From Antedon mediterranea (taxonomy: Eukaryota > Animalia > Echinodermata): a stretch of DNA of 64,000 bases. The DNA lies in the NCBI RefSeq assembly GCF_964355755.1, contig NC_092677.1, positions 10,748,101 to 10,812,100 on the forward strand, given 5' to 3'. The position numbers and the translations under genes are program-made. A model generated the notes under the pieces. That model ran no database searches. It had not been told where the DNA came from and worked only from the letters and a program-made list of their open reading frames with translations. Positions 38,601-50,600 of the stretch are shown one piece after another (within the stretch, counting starts at the first letter, position 1; every line of letters begins with the position of its first letter).

Positions 38601-41600
38601 ACGTATTGCTTCTATAGTAATGCAAGCTGAAAGTAAATGTTTACAACATAAGTAGTTTACCTATGTGAAACCTATGCCTTTTCTAAATCTCTTCTACAAC
38701 CAATTTCCAAAAGTTCTGGAGCTCAAAACAACCAATCAACAGGATTTGCCGTTTGGTACAATGGAACGGTTATAACAGCAGTTGCAAAGAATGAGAGCCA
38801 TCATTGGGAAACAATGGCATCTTTCCCGTTTGTTGCAGAAACGTGGAGCAATGTGGGATTCACTTGGAGTATATCATCTGGATTGGGATTATTCATTGAT
38901 GGCGAGTTACAAAGTAAGAGTTTACTTTGTTTATCTTTATAATTTCTATTTATTTTAATTTATTTTTTATTGTTGCATTTTTATCTCGTCATATTGTATT
39001 TTTGTTAGTGTCCCTATTGATCAGCTTCGGCTGGATGGACCACCCTCGTAAAATATTGTTGAAATAAATAAATGGGTTAACTACAGTCTTTATCCTTAGA
39101 GATTACAATTTTTTCTAAAACATGACAACAGGTAACATTATAACCCTTCTTTTATAATATCTCTATTCTGAAGACACGCCTATTAAGAGGAAAATTTCCT
39201 GTGAAACAAGTATATGTTTTAACACTACAGTTTATCCTTGTTCATAGGTCACCTCTACTAAGGAGACACGGATATGTTGCTATAGGAGTTCTATACTATA
39301 TTATACACGCACTGATTATAAATGCACATGTACCTTATAATGACATTAAATCTAAAAAGCTTATCACATATGTTTTATAGTACTACATGGCATTGTATGT
39401 ATTTTCTAGGTAGTGACCTGATTGGTAACGTAACTAGTCCATGTTCCACCGATGTGCACACAAGACTGATTCTAGGCCGAAGGAATGATGCGTATGACGG
39501 TTTTCTCAGTGCGCTATTCAAGGATCCCGCCATTTGGTATTATGACATCACCACTCACAATCAGGATGCTGGTGTCATCATTTTAGGAAATGATCCAGAG
39601 GCAATTAGTAAGTAATCATATTAGTTACAAATATGATTATTGTGTTTAAAGATACAATTTGTTTAAAAACATAATTACTTAGTGAGTTTGACAAGTTTTG
39701 GCTATTATTTTTTTTTTTTTGATTTAAAGATCTTTGAGTACAATTATATGTATGATTCTTGCATGCAAAAAAATCTTTTCACGCTGGGTATGACATAACA
39801 ATAAAAATTTAGAGACATTCTCAACCATATTTTATTCATTTTAAAAACACATCATGTACCACAAACCTCACTTTTTACTTAAAATAGAATTTTGCTAAGT
39901 ATAGTACTTGATTTGTTTGTTTGTTAGCATGATAGCATCCACAATTTTTAAGCTATTGTCCTGAATTTACTTACAGAACATGCCTATTGATTTTCAGGAA
40001 AATCTATATATTGGTCACATCACAAAAGCTTATTATTTGATCTGACTTACCTGTATCTCATACGAGATATTAAATAGCACACTCTCTTTATTCTTGAACA
40101 TATCAAGTAGTGAGCCCTCTATCTCACCGAATAATGTTTTTCCTGATATATTTTGCCATGTTCTTCACTCCGAGTGTCTGAGTGCTTTCATTATAATAGT
40201 TTTTTTTTTATTTGCTTCTAGTCATTACTGACAACCATGCGGAGTTGGATGCTTTGTCACCGTTCATTGGTCAAGAGTGTAACATCATTCATGACGCTGA
40301 CTGCTCACGTGATCTACAGGAACTACTTAGTATTGTAAGTTCATTTTACCGATCATGACTGAGTATTATCCCATCCTCGAGTATAACCCCACCTCCTAAC
40401 TTGGGCTAAAACCAGACACAAAATTTGTTCATGCAATCCAAGTATAATCCCATCCCCTAATTTTTACCCTTGGTGCTCAATATGTTTATAATGTATTCTA
40501 CTAAACCCTTTCTAGAAATATAAAATTATTTGAATAGCTAAAAAATTTACTTTTATACTATTCATATTATTACATAATAACAATACAACATAATAATGAC
40601 TTGTGTATCATGCAACAACTTAATTGTGTCTATTCAAATATTTTACCAGATTAATGGCGAGGAAGAAGTGTCACCAGAACTAGTTGAAAGCTCTAAAAAC
40701 CGTCTGCTGGGTTTTATGGTGGAACAGGAGAACTTGACAGTGACTGATTTGATAACCATGTTAGAAATATTTGAATTTTTGGTCAACGTTCCCATTATAG
40801 GTGATTATAATGAAACATCAGCTACTACAGAACTGCAGGTTACTATTCTGATTTTTGTCCAATTTATTTTTAAAGATAGATAATACCATCGAATATGTAT
40901 GCCAGTGTTTTAGAATCCACATACTAATCTCTTTTAATTATTACTTGGCAAATATAGTACTTGCTTTGTTGTTTCTTAGCACGACAATGCCTACAATTTT
41001 CAAGTTATCATTCTTAAAATTTTGGAGTACATAGGTATACGTACAGAACGAAAAATTGATATACAGTCAACTCTCCCAATACCGGACTCTCCGAAAACCA
41101 GAAACTCTCCCAATACCAGACTTTTTTTGAGGACCAAAAGGTCCCAAATTTATATTTACCATTAAAAACACATTCCGAATACCAGACTTTCCGGAAAACC
41201 AGACTTATTTGACCGGCCCAAAGGTGTCCGGTATTGGAAGAGTTGACTGTATTGGTCACGTCACAAAACTTAGTATTAAAATCTGACTTTTCTGTATCTC
41301 CACATGAAATATTAAATTGCACGCCCTCTGTATTCTTTTAACATTGATATCAAGTAGTGAGTCCTCTCTCTAAGAATATAGTTTTACCTGATATATTTTG
41401 TCAAGTACTTCACTCAGATTCTGAGTGCTTTCATTTGTTAATTAAACAAACCAATATTTAGTTGTTAGCAGTGTTGTTGATAATTACTAAATAATATTAT
41501 TTTAGAGCAGCATTTGTTCTATCGTAGTCCTTTATTTGAGAGACCTATAATTATATAACTTTAATTTTATAGGACTATCTTACTATTGTCAGTGAGAGTT

Positions 41601-44600
41601 TAATAAAACAAAATAATCCTGAATGGATTGCACTGCAAGAGGTAATGTATTATACTAATAATTGTTGTTAAAAACAGTTGCTTTTTAATACTAGTAGTTA
41701 ACTTACTGTATATCATAGCTACAATATAACCCTCTTTTTTAACCTTCCTTTTAAAGGGACACTCTGAACAAGGGGAAATATAATGATTAAAGGAATACTG
41801 AATTAGTTAATTTTCGACATACTATGTATTAATTATATATCAAAGAGTTAAATAAAGTCATAAAAAATATTAATATATTTACACATTCTGAATTATAAGC
41901 CAATTAATGTTGTCGCCAATGGAGTTCCGCCATTTTTAAATATTACCCAGAAGCCGCGGGAGCTGGTGGGACGGAAGTACCTTCATCCGGGTATTTTTAA
42001 TTGTGTAGCACTGTGTGCACATGTGTTTCGTATGCCTTAGCTGTAATATCGAAAACAACAACGATTTGTTTATCCTAATTAAATTGATTTTTTCGAGTAG
42101 TATAGATTCTTTCTCTATTTCATTTGTGTTTGTAATTATCTTGAAAGTTATTGGTGATTTATCAAAACAAAAAAAAATAGTACAAAATGGTGTTTTGTAT
42201 GGCGTTCTTGGATGCAGCAATGTATCGGATAAGAAAGGCAGGAAGTCCAAAGGAATACGCAATGTTAGTTTCCATCGATTGCCGTTAAACAATAAGGATT
42301 TGCTAAAGAAATGGGTTGCAGCCATGAAGTTGGAAAAACCGCACATTGTAGTGACCATTTTGAAAAAGAAATGTTTGAGGATGACTCCGTAAAAGTCAGT
42401 ATTGTTGGTGCGAAGTCTAGGCCTAGGCCTACCAGGCGGTTGAAGGCAAATGCTGTACCTAAACAAAAACTACTGACACAAAAGCGATGGCCCAAGACCA
42501 AAAACAAGGTACGTAACATACAAAATTCTGCTTTTTGATGTTCGGCCACACATTGAGTGAGAGGCTCCTAGGCTAGCTAGACTAGGATAGTAGAGGCTAG
42601 GCCTAGTTAGTAATACTAAAATAGTAGGCTACTACTACTACTCTAGCTAGTAGGCCAAGGAAAGTAGATTACCGAGGTGAACGGCCAAACACAACAAGAC
42701 TAGGCCTAGGCAAAAAAGTGTAGGCCTACACATTTATCTCAATTTAAATTTGTTATATAAATCTTTAGTTTATTTATATAGCCTAGTACTTATTTTATTT
42801 TTAAGACCATCAACTTGGAGAACTTAGTGGAAAGTGAGAATGCAGAATTAATTAGTGGATCGACAGTTGACACAGCATTTGATGAGCAGATGGAAATTCC
42901 TGTTGAGGTGTGCAACTGTAGACATGGAACTAAAATCAGCAAATCAACACAGGTTTGTGGTACTTAAATTAAATAATCTTTATTCTATATCTTTATTGGC
43001 CTAATGTGATAACAGTTTGTGGAAACTCTAGTTGAACTAGTTATGCCAACCCCTTCTTTTACTGTAGACGGACACTCTGGCAGACCAACTGAAAATCCAG
43101 CATGACCATTCATATGCGCGAAAATAATAAGGACGGACACCACAAAATCTAAGACTACAACCTCCAAATGCAAATTAGTGCCAACCAAGAAGTAAGAGGA
43201 AGATGTGTCGTGGGAGTGACTACAGATAGACATGTCCAAATTGCAAGTGACATGAATAAGAACTACCCCGAATTAAAACATGAGTTTGACATTTTTCATG
43301 TTGTTAAAAGCGTCACCAAGAAGCTTAGAGAAAAATCGAAGAAAGAAGGTTGCAAAGACCTTAGATTTTGGATCATCTGTGGTGGTGCTGTGCTTCCTGA
43401 AATGGCGATTATGCTGCAAGTTATATTAAAGCTGTTTTTTTATCACGATTTGTTTGTATATACTGTATTGAAGTACAGTATGTGTTGTACATTCTTATTG
43501 ATTATTATGTTAACATTCATTTATGTTAATAGTTTTCATTTAATAGTTTATACTATATTTCACTTTTAGGACCTTAAGGACAAGTGGCTTTCTTTACTAC
43601 AGCACGTCTGCAACATCCATGAATGGGCTAGTGCAGATGTAAATTCCACAAGTGCAGTCACGACCCACTATTGGAGGACATGCATGAAATTGAATGGCTG
43701 ACACCAGGTAGCGATGCACAAGATGACACTTTTTAAACACACAGGTATGTATGTAAAAAGATATTTGAAATGTACTATTTTTGCTGTGGGATCATTCGAA
43801 TAAATTAAAAGCAAAAGAAGCCCTGTTATACTAACTACATTCTTTAACATACAATAATAAACACTATAATATAACAATTTTTAATAATAAAATTAATGCT
43901 TAACCTTCTTACAGGATCGCTACAGGTTTTTCATGGGATGTTGTTAAAATATTGTCCAAAGAGGGAACACTTCAGCTATGAAGGCATGAGAGCCCGTCAT
44001 CAATTGGCAATTATGGACCACAATGAGAATGTTGGTAGACAGCAAGCAACTACTGAGGAAGGTAAGTAGTTTTATAAGAGCTTCTTTAATTTGTTGATTA
44101 GTAATCTATAAAGACATATTTACAATGAGGAATAATTATGTGCATTTCCTAACAGGCACTCTTCGATTTGGACTGGCATTTCCCAAACGCAAGAAGCAGT
44201 GGGTATTGAAGAAAATTTATGTAGACAAAACCTTCAAATTTAGAAAGAGACTGATGGAAATGGTGTGTGACCGACGTGAAGATAGCGCTATAGTTCTAGG
44301 TCAACGTTATGTAGACAGACCAGATCTTCCAACAAACATTGCTTCTTCTGAGAAACCAGAGAAAGAAGATGCGATTGAAGATTTTAGAACTAGGTTTCTG
44401 CTTTCATAGTGTGTTTACATTAAAACCAACAAAGCTAATTTATGCTTATTTTGTTTTGTAAAAAAATCTTTTTAAACTGCTAAAGATGAAACCTTACATA
44501 TTATATTATTATAAATACAATTTCTTAAATATTTTCTTGATGCAATTATTAGTGTATAGTTTTTGGTTGAATTAATAAAAAAAAAGGCATTGAAGGAAAT

Positions 44601-47600
44601 TCTCTGAAAATAGTGAATAAACTAATTTTACCGATGCAAAAATGTTTATTATAATAATTATTGTGTTGTTGTGCAATTGCTGTAAGATGACGCTCAGTAA
44701 CTTTCTGCAAAATACGTCTAATTATATTTCACACATTTGGCCGGCCAGATAATGACTACATATTGATTGGATTTGATTCTTCCCTGTTTTGGAACAGCTT
44801 TTAATACAATGCTTGCATACAAATAATAAACAGAAAACACTTGTTACTGTTTGTTGCTTTTAATTTTTATTTACATACCCTTGTTAAGTGAATTAAAATA
44901 AATCGCCCTTCTTTCTTGTTACAGTATACTAAATAATGTCTATTACAAAATTTATAATCAAGGAAATGGCTTTTATTTATTTAGCCTAACTAGGTAGGCA
45001 TAGCCTAGCTATAAAAAATGTTATTATTTGATGCATTCGATATTTAAATGTTATGATTTAACATCTTGATACCATTTATGATTTATTCGACTTCTTTAAA
45101 TCCAACATAATTTCCATCAATGCTAGGAAAGTCCTTTCTGATTTTGTTTACGACGCAGGCTGGGATGACTCGTCGTACGGCTTTACCGAGGCGGTCATGC
45201 ACCCAGTACAGTAGGTGACCTGCCTGTACGCCTGAAGGCGAAATGTTTCGTTCGGGATCGGGTCAACGATGCTGTCTCGCCTAATGTCTGTCCGGGCAAC
45301 AAGTGCAGTTCTAATTACTGCAGGATGTAAACATACAAATTCGAATTCAAAATGGTCTAAAATGCATGCCATTTCGTTTTCTGATCCTATGTTCATCTTC
45401 GCTCGTACATTTTCAATTTCCCGACAACAAAGGCATTCCACAGCAGTGTCCATCAACTCACACCGTCCGCATTGGCACCATTCTTCCTTGTTTACTTTCC
45501 TCCATTCTATATCTTCTCCTTCATGTGCGACAATATTATCTAAACCTTCTATTTCCTCCACATCTCTTCTTCTTCTTCTTCTTCTTCTGGGTTCTAATTG
45601 GTAAGGTTGTAATCCGTGATTCATCTTAATTTAGCTCTGTGTATATATAGGCATCCACGCTCTACGGGCAGTCTCACAGTTGGATGATTTTCTCTGTCAA
45701 ACCAATGACGTCACAACCTCGTTTTCGTGATAAACATGGCGGCTCATAGAAAACCCGCGGTTTTTTTGAAAAATCTACACTTCAAAATCGATTTTACTCT
45801 AAACAACAATAAATTTCAAACAAATTTTACCGCACTTCGTTTTATATGAATTATATCTACAATGCTACACATTTTAAAAGAAATAATACTGCATTCCTTT
45901 AACTCTATAGCCAACCCCTATCCAGGAAACACCTATTAATGGGACACTTCCCATAACATTAACAAGGAAAAAATATATATGGTTAACTCTATAGCCAACC
46001 TCTATTCAGGGGACATGCAACGTAAGCGAGTTGACCAATGACAAGGCACTGTTATAATAATCCATCGCCTGTGATTGGTCAAATCGCTTACGTTGCGTTA
46101 CGTCCTTGCATTGCGAGGCTAGTGAGAACCAAGGTTACATTTTTTGCTACTGTAATTTGTTTACTATAATACTATAGTGTATGCTCTCAAAAACATTGTG
46201 GCCAAAAGACTTCTAAACCACAATATTCTTTGAAATGACAAGTGTTTCAAACCACTGTATTATATAAGATAGGGATGGTATTCTGTAAAGTCTATACGAA
46301 TTAGCATTTTAAAATTGTTGGGAGTTTTTACCATATATTATATTATTTTTACAATATCTAGATAAGACCTGGGACATCTAGTCTCATCCAAGACTTTGAG
46401 GACTATGTACGAATTAGCATTTTAAAATTGTTGGGAGTTTTTACCATATATTATATTATTTTTACAATATCTATATAAGACCTGGGACATCTAGTCTCAT
46501 CCAAGACTTTGAGAACTATGTACAAATTAGAATTTTAAAATTGTTTGGAGTTTTTACCATATATTATATTATTTTTACAATATCTAGATAAGACCTGGGA
46601 CATCTAGTCTCATACAAGACTTGGAGGATTATGTAACACAAATATCAAAATATACACGAGATTCTGATGGACATAACTACATGCTTCTAACATCTCCAGA
46701 AATTGGTAATTCTTAAATACTTGGTAGTAGTAATAGTAATACGAATTTGTAATGCGCCAATTCCAGCAATAAGTGATCAAAGAAGCGGTGTATGAGAAAG
46801 CTCAATTTGAAAGAAAAAGATGAGTTTTCAAGGCAGATTTAAAGGCGATAGTAGAAGAACATGATCAGAGTATACAGGTGCTTTAGTAGGGTGGATGTCC
46901 CTACTGAATTATCCGAACAGAATTACTACTGTAGTGCCTGCTGTAATGCATGGCTTGTTGTCGGTCAAAGAGGTTCATTTTCTCTTTAAAAGTCTATGTC
47001 AAAAAAAAATAAATGCAAATTATGCATTAAAAAAAAATATGTATACAGAATTGTTTTTGCATTTTGCTAAGGATATTCACAGGACAAACATAGAAACACA
47101 ACAATAGAAATGAACAATGCCAAAAAGCGAATATTCTTTAGGTATTTTTTTATTTTAAAGTTGGTTTATTTACTATTACTTTTACTATTGCTATTTAAAT
47201 TTACTAATAACATTTTGTAATGCAACAAGTACTGTACACCATTGTTTCAACTAAACTCTTGCAAATAACCTAATCACAAAAATTAAGTAATATTTTAAAT
47301 GTTTATTTCAGTTGTGGAGATTCGGTCTTTTGCAATCAACACGTTCAAAGACGATGGCTACATTTATCCACTGTTCAACTCAGAGTTGCCTGATAAAAAC
47401 TCTAGTCAATTTTGGCAGACTAACAACAATTGGTGTAAACTACCAAAGAATCTATTCACATTTACTAAATCAGGTTTGTGTCTTTCAAGTTTTAATTTTA
47501 AATGCAAATATGAAAAAACAATTTAGATTCCAAAATTTGAGGTATAAAGTTAGGAGTATTTCTTGTACAGTAGGCTTCCCTATAAAACAATGCGTATACA

Positions 47601-50600
47601 TGGCACATGAATGAGTTGGCTCAAAACAATGCGTATACATGGCACATGAATGAGTTGGCTCAAAACAATGCGTATACATGGCACATGAATGAGTTGGCTC
47701 AAAACAATGCGTATACATGGCACATGAATGAGTTGGCTCAAAACAATGCGTATACATGGCACATGAATGAGTTGGCTCAAAACAATGCGTATACATGGCA
47801 CATGAATGAGTTGGCTCAAAACAATGCGTATACATGGCACATGAATGAGTTGGCTCAAAACAATGCATATACATGGCACATGAATGAGTTGGCTCAAAAC
47901 AATGCGTATACATGGCACATGAATGAGTTGGCTCAAAACAATGCGTATACATGGCACATGAATGAGTTTGCTCAAAACAATGCGTATACATGGCACATGA
48001 ATGAGTTGGCTCAAAACAATGCGTATACATGGCACATGAATGAGTTGGCTCAAAACAATGCGTATACATGGCACATGAATGAGTTGGCTCAAAACAATGC
48101 GTATACATGGCACATGAATGAGTTGGCTCAAAACAATGCGTATACATGGCACATGAATGAGTTGGCTCAAAACAATGCGTATACATGGCACATGAATGAG
48201 TTGGCTCAAAACAATGCGTATACATGGCACATGAATGAGTTGGCTCAAAACAATGCGTATACATGGCACATGAATGAGTTGGCTCAAAACAATGCGTATA
48301 CATGGCACATGAATGAGTTGGCTCAAAACAATGCGTATACATGGCACGTGAATGAGTTGGCTCAAAACAATGCGTATACATGGCACGTGAATGAGTTGGC
48401 TCAAAACAATGCGTATACATGGCACATGAATGAGTTGGCTCAAAACAATGCGTATACATGGCACATGAATGAGTTGGCTCAAAACAATGCGTATACATGG
48501 CACATGAATGAGTTGGCTCAAAACAATGCGTATACATGGCACATGAATGAGTTGGCTCAAAACTTTAAAGCAGTCACAAGTGATGGAATTTTCACTAATG
48601 TGTTTTGGACAAATGTGGTTAATCCAATTAAGTGTTAATATACAATAGCTTACTTATAAGAAATATAAGGTTAACTATTTTTTGATCCATGCCAATAGGA
48701 AACGTTGCATCTATTGTGTTCACTTTGTACAATTCTTTGGAAACAGTTTTTCCCAACATTACAAGTGAAAAGTAAGTATATACTATGTGTATTATACATA
48801 ATTACTTTCTTGTAATTTTCTAAGTATGTTGTCATGCCTTTTGATAAAGAAAAACAGTTGATATAATGATCAAGAATCAAAATCATAAGGCATTTAATGA
48901 AAATGCAGACCGTTTTAAAATTACGTGACCTGTTTCTCATTCGTAATGTTGGCGGTATTATACATGATTAATCTGACAAATACAAAGGCCAACTACTAAT
49001 AGTTGATATAATGTATTTAAATATGCTCTGAGGTATGTTTCAAATGAAATTTTTTTTTATTTCTAGATTTGTTAAAACAAAGGATCAGAAACCAATACTG
49101 AACAGCAAGATCATGTCGATTTCTGTTCATCCTCCACTGAGAATGAACTTGTACAACCCATTTATCTTAACAATGGACCATTTATTGGTAACTGTTATTG
49201 AAATAAATATATTAAGTGTATCCATTTCGTTTTGGTTGGTTGCATATCATTTGACATTTATTATACTTATTCGTAAACATTTTGAGAAGTTTGTGCAACA
49301 CAATGCTGGTGATTCTTTAGTTCACTATCAAACTTTTATGATGTGCACATATATGGACACGATGTTATCACTACCATATTTGGGCACATCACACTTTTTT
49401 GTCAAACTAGTTTGATAGTGTAGACACAGCTTTATGTGTTCAAAAACTAACCTGTAATGTTTATGCTATCTATAACAGCTCTACTCCAAATTTGCATAAT
49501 CTTATAGTACTAATAGTAGGCCTTTTTCTAGAGCCTCAATAGAATATTTAGCTTTTTAAGATAATAACTTTATGATAACTGTATTAGGCTTTTTATTTCA
49601 GACCCCGCAAGAAATCGATAATAAAACTACATTTACTGCTGTTTGTGCTTTCTGGAATTACAAATTAAGGTAACCAACCAACCATGAAATTGACTTAAGT
49701 TTTATAGAACTCTAAATTTATTTTCTGAATGTTTATTTATACTCATAGTGAATTTTGTTTCATATCATAGGAAGGTTGGCGTCAATAACAGTGACGGGGC
49801 ATGGGATAAAGAAGGGTGTGACGTAATAGATACCAACGATACGTTCACCACGTGTCAATGCTACCATTTTACATCGTTTGCAATATTTATGGAACCCAAA
49901 GAAACAGTAAATATTACACTTACAACAACTTCTGCACTTCATTTTACAATTTTAAGCCAGCACTCTCCACTCCTTCCCCAACCCCTTTCCCTTTTTTAAA
50001 ATCCTGACTTTTCTACTGTCAAAGTCTTATATATATTTTTTATTTAGATTTCCAATGATGACGAAATCCGAATCATGTGGATTATGACGATTTGCTCAAC
50101 ATTATCAATCATTCTTTGTATCGTGTTAATAGCATATTATATATTCACAAGGTAATTGCATCTAAATACACTTGTAATAAGATATATTATTATATTATAA
50201 GTTTTAACTCATAAGACATCAATTGAATTGACTAATCGTTAGATTTATAGATTTAGTAACATCAGCTATCAGCTATTATGTTATCATGATACTTGAAACC
50301 ATTTTATTTTTATATTAAATGGAAGGAACCATATTTCATAGTTATTCTTAAGCCATAGTCACCATGTCACAATAAAGTTTAAAAAAAATCTTTTTTTTTC
50401 CAGTCGATTGAAGACTATTATCTACAACATTAACCTTAACCTTTGCTGGGCTGTACTGTTTAATTGTATTGGCTTAATAGTGTCTGGTATATTAAGAGAC
50501 AATGAGGTAACGAGGTTAAATGATGACAGTGACATTAAGGATGATGGTGACAATGAGGATGATGGTGACAATGAGGATGATGGTGACAATGAGGATGATG

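Larger units (their letters stand above)
41791..45898 (+). mobile_element. Kolobok-superfamily DNA transposon (decayed, both ends present) in an intron of aGPCR 2
   Basis: TTAA on both sides (41787-41790, 45899-45902). Imperfect TIRs AGGAATACTGAATTAGTT / AGGAATGCAGTATTATTT (14/18) with AG..CT termini. Convergent THAP-transposase (+) and KolX (-) genes. Confidence 0.88.

Noticed and set aside
42015-42538. Host THAP transcription factor gene or P-element
   Set aside because: Frameshifted, followed by Kolobok-type transposase motifs, and bounded by TTAA rather than 8-bp TSDs.
45148-45624. P2X7 purinoceptor gene
   Set aside because: No channel or TM exons. The domain lies within Kolobok termini and is KolX.
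47485-48638. 326-350-aa ORFs / possible CRISPR array
   Set aside because: Pure 39-bp tandem repeat with no spacers and no cas genes, inside a eukaryotic intron.
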